A stretch of 64,000 nt of DNA from Octopus bimaculoides (lineage: Eukaryota). The notes below the pieces were generated by a model. It saw nothing but the letters and a program-made list of their open reading frames with translations, searched no databases and was not told the origin of the DNA. The DNA is taken from NCBI RefSeq assembly GCF_001194135.2, contig NC_068989.1, forward strand, positions 24,465,282 to 24,529,281, given 5' to 3'. The translations under genes and the position numbers were made by a program. Shown here in pieces: positions 48,961 through 61,269 of this stretch. Position 1 is the first letter of the stretch; every line of letters begins with the position of its first letter.

Positions 48961-49665
48961 TTCAACTTTTGCATTCTCATGAACCGACACACTCACCCTA
49001 CCTACTCCTCTGCTCCTATACTCCCTTATATTCACCTTCCGTACCTTGATGATAAGTCCTGACACCTCATCACTACTACCTTCTTTCCCTTTCACCTAGA
49101 GTAGCCGTTTATTTCCTCTATAGCAAGACACTGGTTCCTATCCCTCAATCAGGATTTTTAACCTCTCAATATCGAGCACAAAACCACCACCCACAGCACC
49201 ACTTGTTTATGACAACCCATCAAAGGTGACGACAGCATTGATTCAAGACATTCCTCCTCCTCCTCTGCCTCCAGCACATTGCTTCTCATGGGAGAAGACA
49301 TGGCTGACAGGACCGATATGAGATAGGCAGATCCTGTGGCATTGGGGGCACTGAAAATGACCCTGAACAACAGCTGCAGGGGGTTGATGTAAAGGTTAAA
49401 TGCTAAAGTGTAAATCAAGGACTTAACATGTTATCTAGTCTGCATTCAGTTTCAAAACGCTCTACTCCAGCATCACACACTGACCTCCATGCCTTCCAAT
49501 TATCAGCCTGGTGCGCCACTCCCACTCAATCAAACAAACAAACATTGTACAAACAGTCGCACCTTCATATTTGTTTTGTTGGTTGGTTATGGGTGACAGG
49601 AGGGATGGATGTGGTGCATAGATAATGTAATTTTAAAAAAATGAAGAATTATATTTCATATATAC

Positions 49666-49797
49666 CTCATGCCAATGGTTGTAAGAGACATTCAGTTTGT
49701 GGAGATTAATGGCATTCTGCTTCAGAACATTGAGAGAATAACTGAAATCTATCAGGCAATTCCAGCTTAAATCAAAATATTCCAAATTTGGTAGATT
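49666..49797 (-). CDS. LRRC9: LRRC9 exon (LRR)
   Basis: tttcag/gtatat; 132 nt NLPNLEYFDLSWNCLIDFSYSLNVLKQNAINLHKLNVSYNHWHE. Confidence 0.9.
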
Positions 49798-49890
49798 CTG
49801 AAAGACAGATGATATTTGTCATATTTGTCAGAGTAAGCATATATACAAATATATATATAATGTGTGTGTGTGCATGTTTGTACGTGTGTA

Positions 49891-49926
<36 letters not shown>

Positions 49927-49936
49927 TATATATATA

Positions 49937-51129
49937 CAGGGGTTGGACAAAATAATGGAAACACTTAGCATCATAATTTTGAAATATTTATAAAACCGTC
50001 AAAAGCTTGTTTATTTTTATGTTTTTTGATTTATTATCAGTGTTGCTTAATATGTTTTGCTAAAATTGCTGTTTCTTTTCAGATATCATCAGAAAAAGGT
50101 AATTAAAATTCATTAAAATCACAGATCTATCGGACTTCCAAAGAGGTCAAATTGTTGGTGCTCGTATGGCAGGCACTAACATAATGAAAACAGCTGAAAT
50201 GTTTGGTGTATCAAGAAGTACTGTCTAGAAAGTAATGACAGCTTTGAGAAAGAGGGAAAAACTTCCTTGTCGAAACAAAACTCCGGAAGAAAACCCAAAC
50301 TTTCAGATAGGGACTGTCGGACTCTTATGCGAATTGTTAGAAAGGGTCACAAAAGTACAACTCCCAAAATTTCTGCAGAGCCTAATGACCACCTCGGGAA
50401 CCCAGTTTCCACAAAACTGTTTGCCGGGAGCTTCACAAAGCCAGATTTCACGGGAGGGCTGCAATCAGAAAACCACTACTTTCAAGACAAACGTTGCAAA
50501 GTGTTTAGAGTGGAGTAAAAACCTACAGAATTGGTCCCTAAAGCTGTGGAAGAATGTTATTTTCTCAGATGAGTCATCCTTTACCTTATTTCTGACCACC
50601 AGCCAAAAGAAACATTTGACCCTGACTGCCTTCTTCCAACTGTTAAACATGGAAAAGGATCTGTGATGATCGGAGGGGGGGGGNNNNNNNNNNNNNNNNN
50701 NNNNNNNNNNNNNNNNNNNNNNNNNNNNNNNNNNNNNNNNNNNNNNNNNNNNNNNNNNNNNNNNNNNNNNNNNNNNNNNNNNNNNNNNNNNNNNNNNNNN
50801 NNNNNNNNNNNNNNNNNNNNNNNNNNNNNNNNNNNNNNNNNNNNNNNNNNNNNNNNNNNNNNNCCTAGATCTCAGTATTATTGAACATTTATAGTGCATT
50901 TTAGAAAAACAAGTAAGGAGTTGATATCCTCCACCATCATCACTACAAGAACTGGAGACTGTTTTAGCTGAAGAATGGGCAAAAATTCCTTTGAAAACAA
51001 TTCAAAGTTTGTATGATTCCATACCTCATAGAATTCAAGATGTAATTACTGCCAAAGGCAGTCCTACCCCATATTAAAATAAATTTGTTTTAAATTTTAA
51101 GATGTTTCCATTATTTTGTCCAACCTCTG
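49937..51129 (+). mobile_element. Tc1-family DNA transposon, decayed transposase
   Basis: TIRs CAG(G/A)GGTTGGACAAAATAATGGAAACA; TA target; DLSDFQRGQIVGAR..., SGRKPKLSDRD, WKNVIFSDESSF motifs with stops and frameshifts; internal N gap. Confidence 0.95.
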
Positions 51130-51143
51130 TATATACATATACA

Positions 51144-51249
<106 letters not shown>

Positions 51250-51823
51250 AATAAGGATTCAGATAGTATCAGGTAATTAAAAAGATATGTACCAAGTAAG
51301 GTTGGATAAACCTGTGGTTCCAGCCTATGGTTGGTAAGTATCAAATAGGATATTCCCAGTCCGGGTATTGAACTTACTACCTCATGATTGTGAGCCCAAT
51401 GCTCTAACTAATGAGCCATGCGACACATTTTTTTAATTGATATTTAGTTGAAGCAACAGAGTAACTCAAGGGCTGAGAGTTTTGTGTGTTAGCACTTATT
51501 AAACTAGTTAACTGCTTATGCATGAAACACTTGGCCTTCAGTCACACATCTGCTAAATATTACACACACACACACATGACAGGCTTCTTTCAGTTCATAT
51601 CCATTCACAAGGCTTTGGTCAGCCTGAAGCTATAGTAGAAGACACTTGCCCAAGGTGCCACACAGTGGGAGTGAACCCAGAACCACATGGTTGGGAAGCA
51701 AACTTCTTACCACACAACCATGTCTGTGCTTATATACCATTCATTCATTTATTTGTACATACGTATGTGCGTACATACATACATACATACATACATGTAT
51801 ACATACATACCTACATGTATACA

Positions 51824-51856
<33 letters not shown>

Positions 51857-52065
51857 TAGTGATGATGGTGGTGATGTTAAACCAAATATAATCTGACAAA
51901 TAATATACGACATGAATTATTCATTTAGATAATAACATGTTCTCATCATTAATTGTTAATTTTAAATAAAATTTCTTGTTTTACTACATCAACTATGTTA
52001 GCATCTATTTTACTATTTTAATAGACAGTATACTTAATATATATATTAATAGACAATATACTTAA

Positions 52066-52122
52066 CTTCAGTCCTTCCAGAGTTGAGATCTTATTGAAAC
52101 TGACATCTACATATTCCAAAGA
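52066..52122 (-). CDS. LRRC9: LRRC9 exon (LRR), non-canonical donor
   Basis: tttcag acceptor; 57 nt SLEYVDVSFNKISTLEGLK; the 22-aa LRR register with the next exon requires a join after AAG, where the intron reads TTAAGT. Confidence 0.8.
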
Positions 52123-52172
52123 CTGAAACAGATTTCAATGGTAAATATATGAGTAAAGCTTTACCGTATTCC

Positions 52173-52566
52173 TGTTGTTGTTGTTGTTGGCACTCCGTCG
52201 CTTACGACGTCGAGGGTTCCAGCTGATCCGATCAACGGAACAGCCTGCTCGTGAAATTAACATGCAAGTGGCTGAGCACTCCACAGACACGTGTACCCTT
52301 AACGTAGTTCTCAGGGATATTCAGCCTGACACAGTGTGACAAGGCTGACCCTTTAAATTACAGGCACAACAGAAACAGGAAGTAAGAGTGAGATAAAGTT
52401 GTGGTGAAAGAGTACAGCAGGGTTCGCCACCATCCCCTGCCGGAGCCTCGTGGAGCTTTCGGTGTTTTCGCTCAATAAACACTCACAATGCCCGGTCTGG
52501 GAATCGAAACTGTGATCCTATGACCACGAGTCCGCTGCCCTAACCACTGGGCCATTGCACCTCCAC
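52173..52566 (-). mobile_element. tRNA-derived SINE, family A
   Basis: same family; flanking direct repeat ACCGTATT; tail ends ~50 nt upstream of the 52122 acceptor. Confidence 0.92.
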
Positions 52567-52800
52567 AACCGTATTGCAGATAACACTGTATTGCAGATAA
52601 CAATAATACCATGATACTGTTCACTCCATTGCAAGTATTTATACACTCTCAGTTACTCTCACATGTATATTCTTACTACAGGCATTGACCTGCAGTTGTT
52701 CAGGTTTGATATTAGCTGCATCAATTGCCCTAGTGTGGAAGTGTCTTGAAAGGTCATGGGCAATGATTAACTTATAAAGAAAATAACAAGTAAAAGTCCC

Positions 52801-52975
52801 ATGTAAATAATATAGGGAAGAGTCTCACATATGTAATATAGGGCAGAGGTTTCCTATATACAGTAAAGGGTAGGGGTCTCAAAAATGTAATAAGGGTAGA
52901 GGCTTCATATATGTAATATATTGAATGAGTGTCTTATAAACGTAATGTAGATTAGGGTCTCATATATGTAAAATT
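52801..52975. repeat. diverged ~30-bp minisatellite
   Basis: about 6 copies of an ATGTAATATAGGG.AGAG..TC..ATAT-like unit. Confidence 0.65.
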
Positions 52976-53272
52976 GAAAAATCTTTATTACTTGAGATTG
53001 TTCATAGAATGATCATCATCAACATTTTAATGTCCACTTATCCATGCTTGCATGGGTCAGATGGAATTCTTTGAGGCAAATTTTTTACAGCTGGATGCTC
53101 TTCCTATCACCAACCCTCATCTGTTTCCAAGAAAGGTAATATTCCCCCAAGGTTTAACATGTTTTTCACAGAAGATTGGACACAGACAAACCTTTGTGTG
53201 ATGGTGATGTTCATTCACAATCATCATGTGGTGACGGGACATGGATACACACACACACACACATACACACTG

Positions 53273-53653
53273 GTTGGCACTCCAACGGTTACGATGATGA
53301 GGGTTCCAGTTGATCCGATCAAAGGAGTAGCCTGCTTGTGAAATTAACGTGCAAGTGGCTGAGCACTCCACAGGCACGTGTACCCTTAACGTAGTTCTCG
53401 GGGATATTCAGCGTGACACAGAGTGACAAAGCTGGCCCTTTGAAATACAGGTACAACAGAAACAGGAAGTAAGAGTGAGAGAAAGTTGTGGTGAAAGAGT
53501 ACAGCAGTGTTCACCACCATCCCCTGCCGGAGCCATGTGTAACTTAAGGTGTTTTCGCTCAATAAACACTCACAACACTCGGTCTGGGAATCGAAACCGT
53601 GATCCTACGACCGCGAGTCCGCTGCCCTAACCACTGGGCCATTGCGCCTCCAC
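53273..53653 (-). mobile_element. tRNA-derived SINE, family A
   Basis: same family, inserted in a CA microsatellite ~85 nt from the 53738 donor. Confidence 0.92.
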
Positions 53654-53737
53654 CACACACACACTAGTAAATAATAGTAGAACAATTGCAGGAGTATAAG
53701 ACAAAATAAAAAAAAAACAACTGTTTATGTTACTCAC

Positions 53738-53924
53738 TGGATAAACCAAATCAAGGCTGGTGAAGTTGTTAAAACTGGCTTCAAGTTTAACCAACGAAGG
53801 AAGAAGCTTTGCAATATTAAGTTTATTGAGGTTCTGACGACTCAGGTTGAGGTGAGTGATTGTGGAAGATAAATTTTGGTCAGATAGCAAGCTGGATTCA
53901 ATGTTGCCATCAGTGTAGCTTTTA
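53738..53924 (-). CDS. LRRC9: LRRC9 exon (LRR)
   Basis: aaacag/gtgagt; 187 nt (1+186): KSYTDGNIESSLLSDQNLSSTITHLNLSRQNLNKLNIAKLLPSLVKLEASFNNFTSLDLVYP; LxxLxLxxN motifs. Confidence 0.92.
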
Positions 53925-56240
53925 CTGTTTCAAGAGAATAGAGGTAAGAAACAATATATTGTAGAAATAATCATTGAAACATTGAATGTGGTCACAGCTT
54001 GGTTAAGTGTGTAGATATTTGTATATTTGTTTAGGTTAAGTGCAATTTCCCCATATAAAATCAAGTCTCAATAGTTAGTTGCCAATGAATCACATTTATT
54101 TACTTAACAACATTACAAAAGTTAATTGCTGAAAGCTGTTATGCTGAATACCATTTTTCTGTATGTTTATTTGGCTAGAGGTGAGAATGTATGCTGGTAA
54201 GTGAGATTAACATATCTTTATGCTGAGCAAAAAGTGAGAATGTTTTGTGCTTGTGGTAGACAAAGCGATTCTTTGTAACCTGGGGTCAAGTGGTGTGGCT
54301 GACCAAAAATCCTATGGGTAACATCTACGTACATCTGTCTTCTATCGAACCTCTGTGCTATTTGTCTTGTGTGTCTACATTTATGATCATATTTGAGCAG
54401 GAAACTGTGTGGGAATTTCCATTCATATCATGCAATCATATGAATACACCTGAAACATGATTGCTTAAAATATCAGGGTTTAAGTACTGCTACTTGGCAA
54501 ACACAATAGTCTTAATTCAAGCAAGACAATATACCCATCACACATACACACACACACACACACCTGTGAAAGTGCATGGAGTAGTTTGCATGTTGGGCTC
54601 ATGATCATTAGGCTGTGGGTTCAATTCTCTAACAGGGTGGCATATTGTGTTCTTGAGCAAGACTTTTAATTTCATGTTGCTTTAATTCACTTAGCTGAAA
54701 ATGAATAACAGTAATGGCTGGGAGTAGGGTTTAATCTTACAACAGATAGGTGCCCTATTCATGGAGGAGCTGCTTAAACACTATGAAAACCAAGGTAAGT
54801 ACTGACTTAATGAGCATACTGGCTTGAGAGAGAATTTGGACTTTTAAATATGCACATACTGAAATGATGTAAGCATTGAATGATGCTTAAGACAATTGAA
54901 CAAAGGAAAAAGATATAAAAACAAAGATAAAAAAAAATAAAGACAATATTTTTTTTCATATTAAGTAGATGAACTAGAATCACATTTAAAACTAGAAATA
55001 GGTAATGCAATGATGGTTGGAGCGGGGAGGGAATCAGATCTTTAGCAGATATAGGGGACTGCCTCCAACATATTCTAAATCTTATTAGACCACCTCAGTG
55101 AACCCTAATTACTTTTATACATGTTAAATAATGGCAAGTGTGGAGTAATAAAGCCCCCTCTAACTTAACCACTCTCCCACTTTGATTTTTCTGTCATCAT
55201 GCATTTTGGGATATTTCCTTGAGGATTTGTTTCCTTCTCATCTTGTGTCTCCTCCCTGTGTTACTCCAAATAAGAACTGACATTGTATCTGATGAACCCT
55301 CCAAACCTTGCAGGGATGACAAGCAGACCAGCCTATCCCATCACTTGGTCCAACCACTCAACCTACCCCATCACCATTACCATTTTGTCTCTCCTCTCTT
55401 TCACAATACTCTTCCCATTCCCTTCTCCCCTGTTTCCTCCATTTCTTAATGTAACTCAACACTGCTGTTATTCTTACCACCACCATACTCTCAGAACACT
55501 ATAGGAATTCTCTTTCACCTTTTGAGCTACAAGGTGATCCCGCAAGTGCTGGCGCCACAAAATAGTACCCAGTACACTCTACAAGTGGTTGGTAAATTTA
55601 ATTGAGCTGAGACAATGCAGAGTTTGACAGGGCTCATAGTCTTGCCGATAACAAGGCAACCTCTAATGTATACAGGGTACACTCTGAAAAGGAGATAAAA
55701 TTAGGAGGGGTATTCAGCCATAGAAATCATGTCAGAACACAGACACTGGAGCAAGATGTCTTCTTTAGTATCTGTTGGATCTTGTTAAACCATCAAACCC
55801 ATACCAGCATGGAAAACATATATGATGATGTTGATGATGATAGTGTTCTTCCAGTCACTTTTATACAGAGATGGACTTCTTCAAACATGTTGTTAATGTT
55901 GTTGTTGTTATTATTATTATTCAAATTCTGCCAAGGTCATCGTTGTCTTTTATCCTTTCTGGGTTAATAAAATAACTACCAGTTGAGCACTGGGGTTGGG
56001 CAGCAGCAAGATGGTAGAACCATTAGCATGCTGGACAAAATGCTTAGCGGCATTTCACCCACTGTTACGTTCTGAGTTCAAATTCTGCGAGGGTTGACTT
56101 TGCCTTTCATTCTGTCAGGGCCAATGAATTAAGTAACAGTGAAACACTGGGGTCAATGTAATCGACTAGCCCACTCCCCAAAATTTCAGGCCTTGTGCTT
56201 CTAGGAGAAAGGACGATTACTATTATTAGTATTAGTAGTA

Positions 56241-56445
56241 AGTGAGCTGGCAGAATCATTAGCACTGGACAAAATGCTGAGCCATTTCTTCTGACTTCAT
56301 GTTCTGAGTTCAAATTCTACTGAAATTGACTTTGCCTTTCATCCTTTTGGGATTGAGAAAATAAGTAGTAGTCAAGTACTAGAGTCAATGTAACTGACTT
56401 TCCCCTCATCTCGAAAACTGCTGGCTTGGTGCCAAAATTTGAAAC
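56241..56445 (+). mobile_element. SINE family D
   Basis: GCTGGCAGAATCATTAGC...TTCTGAGTTCAAATT...GACTTTGCCTTTCATCC; other copies at ~56015-56205, 58240-58440, 58480-58690(-), 60850-61210 and 2160-2290(-). Confidence 0.82.
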
Positions 56446-56511
<66 letters not shown>

Positions 56512-57160
56512 CATCACTACTACAACTGCTGCTGCTCCACTGTTGTTGATGCTTGTCAACAGCGTGCATTTATTGCGCACAAATTAGAAGCTGATTTTTT
56601 TTCTCAGATTACTTGAGGATGAACAATTTTTTTTTTTATTATTACTGTTTTTTTAACAAAGGGGTTCAATATATTTAAATAATCACCACCATAATATTAG
56701 TTAAGAAGAAGGTTCATCTTTAAATGTTTTTATTCAGCACATACATTTCTGCAAGCATCCACATGACTTTGTTTATTTGTGATTCAATTGGGTCACTACT
56801 GTAGTAGCAGGAGGAAGTGAAGCCACAATGATGGTACCAATGAATATGCCCCACTCCACAACTTCTGCTCATTCAAAAAACAGAAGTATGATAATTTTGT
56901 CCTTGCCTTTTATTTTGTAAATCTCTCAAGCTAATGCAGTTTATTGAGGCAGATATTCTATAGTTAGATACCTTTGCTATTGTCAACCCTCACCTGCACC
57001 AAAGCAAGGTAACATTTCTTCATGGTTAGGTATGTTTTTTTTAAAGAGTATTGAAAATGAATGACACTGCTTGTATGACAGTGAAATTCATTTACATATA
57101 TCACACAAAATCAGAGACGGAAACACACACATAGATATATATATATAGAAAGGGAGAGAT

Positions 57161-57211
<51 letters not shown>

Positions 57212-57868
57212 TGATGGGCCTCTTTCAGTTTCCATCCACCAAATTAAATCACAAGGCTTTGGTTAGCCTGAGCTATAACAGGTAACACTTACCCAAGGTG
57301 CTATGCAGAGAAACTGAACCCAAAACTACATGGTTGTGAAGCAAATGTCTCAACTGCACAGCCACGCTTATGCCTATAGAAGGCTATGTGAAACTCAGAC
57401 CACTAACACTGGATGGTGTACTCTTTGAGATTTATTACTACATGCCAAACTTGTTCTCTTTTGTCATAACGGCTGACCCACAAAGCCAAGTGAAATTGTA
57501 GCTGTGACCAATGTCAGAGTCGTACATCTGGTATCCATGCCAGTGGCATGTAAAAAGCACTCTTTGAAATTTGGGCCCCATGGCCTATCAAGCCAAGTGA
57601 GATTGTAGTCATGGCTGATGCCAGTGTTTCATAACTGGCACCTGTGCTGGTGGCATGTAAAAAGCACCCACTACACTTTTGGAGTGGTTGGCATTAGGAA
57701 GGGCATCCAGCTGTAGAAACCATGCCAAATCAAACTGAAACCTGGTGCAGCTCTCCAGCTTACCAATTTTCAGTCAAACTGTCCAACCCACGCCAGCATG
57801 GAAAACAGACATTAAATGATGGTGATGATGATGATGATGATGATATTTACATACTTATTCATGCTTAC

Positions 57869-58029
57869 TTGTATGTTTCATAGACTTCTTCTGTGAGATT
57901 CTTTATCATTTCTTGGATATAAGTATTCTCGTTTAAAGATATCCACTGTGACAAGAATTTCCTCTCCACCTCCTCACTAACATCCTGATATGGTTCCTTT
58001 AGTTGTAAAAATGGGTTCATAATTTCATC
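57869..58029 (-). CDS. LRRC9: LRRC9 exon (linker)
   Basis: tttcag/gtaagc sites; 161 nt open: DEIMNPFLQLKEPYQDVSEEVERKFLSQWISLNENTYIQEMIKNLTEEVYETY+AA; phase 0 in, phase 2 out, matching both neighbours. Confidence 0.82.
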
Positions 58030-59389
58030 CTGAAACCATAACAAACAGAATAGAAATTAGAACATAGCTGGTTGATGTATAATTTGATTATATGAAATAA
58101 ACACACATTTCTTTACCTTTCATCTGTTCAGGGTCAGTAAAATAAGTAACAGTTGAGTACTGGGGTCAATGTAATTGACTACCACCTCCTCCAAAAAGGC
58201 AGGCCTTGTGCTAAGATTTAAAATCAATGTGAATATAGTCTGTAAGCTGGCAGAAACTTTAGCATGCTGAACAAAATGCCTTGTGGCATTTCTTCCATGT
58301 TTACAATCTGAGTTCAAATTCTACTGAGGTCGATTTTGCCTTTCATACTCTTGGAGTCAATAAGTACTAGTTGATGTAATCAACTAGCCTCCCCTGCTCC
58401 CTCACCAAATTCAGGCCTTGTGCTTATAGTAGAAAGGATAGTACATACTTAATACATTACTCTAAAGCATGAATATATTCTTTTCTACACTAGGCACAAG
58501 ATTTGAAATTTTTGGAGAGGGAGCCAGTCAATTAGATTGACCCCAGTATATAACTGGTACTTAATTTATTGACTCCAAAAGGATGATAGGCAAAGTCGAC
58601 CTCGGTGGAATTTGAACTCAGAATGTAAAGACAAATGAAATACCACAAAGCATTTTGCTGGGCATGCTAACGATTCTGCCAGCTTGCTGTCTTAAAGCAT
58701 AAATATATTGAGGCCTAACAGCTGATTATTAGTATTACTTTCTCAAAGTGAAATCATTAAATATAATTTTATTTATAATAATGAGCACTTGGGTCAACCA
58801 TCCAGGAGAAGAAAACTGCAAATACCAAACAAATTGAATAAAGCATGTTACTATCGGATCAGGAAATAAAAGTCAGTTTCAGTTTATGATATTATTCTTC
58901 TGTAGTCAATGTTTGTCCTGTGTAAGACATTAAACTGCTTCTAGAAGTGATGCTCCAGCTGAAGAGTTCAGGAGTTTGGGAGACCATGGGGTTACCCACT
59001 AGTCACTACTACTCCCAGGTCTGCTCTTGCCTGGAGTGGTGGTTTCTGTCAAGGGCCCAGTTTAGGGTCAAATAAAAGATGGTACTGACACTAATGCATG
59101 CAGCACTTAGAGGATGGTTGACCTCTGGACATGTGCCGCACAGGCCTACTAGAGTGTGGACATGCCCTGATATCACATAGATCAATCCTTGCTTCCACCT
59201 AAGGATTAAACAGGCTCTGTGTCCTAAGGGTAAGCTTGGGAGAGTAGAAAATTAGGTGAGTAAACTATCTAAAGTGGTAGAAGGCAGAAAACCACTGTTG
59301 TATTTTTTCCAAGGAAAATCCCTTAATTTCCAGGCTTTGGCAGTGGGGTCCATGATCATCAGCTTCTGTAAATCAGTTGTGGTGTATGA

Positions 59390-59448
<59 letters not shown>

Positions 59449-60185
59449 CAATGCTTTCATCTTCTTTCCCACAGATTCTATATTTGCTCTCTGACTGAGT
59501 TTTATCCATCCTTGCCTTTATGAAATTCATTCAAATAGCTCGTTCCTGAACAGCAATAATTAGTATTTTACTTTTTCATTTCGGGTTTCCAATTCTCAAC
59601 CACAACTAATGTTCTTTACTCCCAACATTCTCAGTTGGTTGCATGAATTGGTTATGTAATTCCTTCTCTTTCCAGTTACTTGTCCTGTTGTTTTTCTACT
59701 TGTTCCTTTAATAGAAATGCTTATCATTATTATTATTATTAGTAATAGTAGTATTTAGTCTCAGGTTAGCTCTGAGTGAGCGAACCTATGAAGAAATGCT
59801 TAAAAGCTGTGATCACCAGTCTTTGAATACATGAACTATCATCATATGTGTCCTTCCTTTTTTAAGATGGTGGTGAGTGATCTGAAGGAATTTGGCTGCT
59901 ATTTCAACCACATCAAGTTACCACACAGAAGCCCTTTCACTGGCTAAAACTAAACTCAGGGTAGTCAAGAAGAGTATGATAATTGTGTATATGCTCTGCA
60001 AAGCAGTTGGCACGAGAAAGGGTATCTGTCGCAGAAACCATGCCAAGGCAGACATTATAGCTTGGTGCAGTCCTCTGGTTTGTTGGTTCCTGTCAAACTG
60101 TTCAACCCATGTCAGCATGAAAAACAAATGTTAAATGATGGTGATGATAGTTATGGTGGTGGTGGTGGTGGTGGTGGCAATGGCA

Positions 60186-60569
60186 GTGGAGGCGCAATGG
60201 CCCAGTGGTTAGGGCAGCGGACTCGCGGTCATAGGATTGCGGTTTCAATTCCCAGACCAGGCGTTGTGAGTGTTTATTGAGCGAAAACACCTAAAGCTCC
60301 ACGAGGCTCCAGCAGGGGATGGTGGCGAACCCTGCTGTACTCTTCCACCACAACTTTCTCTCACTCTTACTTCCTGTTTCTGTTGTGCCTGTATTTCAAA
60401 GGGTCAGCCTTGTCACACTGTGTCACGCTGAATATCCTCGAGAACTACGCTAAGGGTACACGTGTCTGTGGAGTGCTCAGCCACTTGCACGTTAATTTCA
60501 CGAGCAGGCTGTTCTGTTGATCGGATCAACTGGAACCCTCAATGTCGTAAGCGACGGAGTGTCAACAAC
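60186..60569 (+). mobile_element. tRNA-derived SINE, family A, full length
   Basis: A/B-box head GGAGGCGCAATGGCCCAGTGG...; CAACAAC tail; 12-bp TSD GTGGCAATGGCA. Confidence 0.93.
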
Positions 60570-60663
60570 GTGGCAATGGCAATGACAAAGATAACTGTAA
60601 GAATTACGCTGGCAACAACTGAAACCAAAAGAGAATAAAAATTAAAAAAAAAAAAAAACTTAC

Positions 60664-60788
60664 AGTTAAGTTGTATTTGAATTTTACAACATATTCAGGA
60701 ACAATGAGACCAGGATTGTAAATGTGCCACTCTCTCTGATTCTGAAGACATCTGCAGGCAGGATGGTCATTGACAGAGTATAAAAAAC
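60664..60788 (-). CDS. LRRC9: LRRC9 exon (first in window), end of PARP-like central segment
   Basis: tttcag acceptor, gtaagt donor; 125 nt (2+123) = FLYSVNDHPACRCLQNQREWHIYNPGLIVPEYVVKFKYNLT, resembling the LRRC9 C-x-C...W...LxxPEYVVxFxY segment (recalled homology); ends phase 0. Confidence 0.88.
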
Positions 60789-61269
60789 CTGAAACAATAC
60801 AATGTCGAGAAATAGATTACAATATTATTCTACTTCATGAGGCAGCAAACTGGTAGAATTGTTTGCATGCTGGGCAAAATGATGAGCAACATTTTGTCTG
60901 CCTTTAAATTCTGAGTCCAAATTCTGCTGAGGTTGACTTTGTCTTTATCCTTTCTGGGTCAATAAAATAAATACCAATTGAGCACTTGGATCAATGTAAC
61001 TGACTTAACCCCACCCTCTGAAGTGCTGGCCTTGTGTCAAAATTTGAAATTGATATTATACTACATCATTAAGGTGGCAAGTGACAAGCTAGCTGAATTG
61101 TTACCGTGCCAGACAAAATGCTTAGTGGCATTTCCAACTTCAAATTCTGAGTTCAAATGCTGCTGGGGTTGGCGTTTCCTTTCATCCTTTTGAGGCCGAT
61201 AAAATAAGTGTAGTGAGTCAAGGAAGTGCTATTTTGTTGTTGCCAATTAACATCTGCTATAGAGAGGTA

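Noticed and set aside
49158-49418. GC-richer minus-strand ORF as an extra LRRC9 exon
   Set aside because: The flanking exons already join in frame (HWHE|PSDLR, matching the LRRC9 register), there is no LRR pattern, and it adjoins a SINE remnant.
6251-50899. Long ORFs in the supplied track containing X runs or [20 protein letters not shown] repeats
   Set aside because: They are artefacts of N gaps and microsatellites, not genes.
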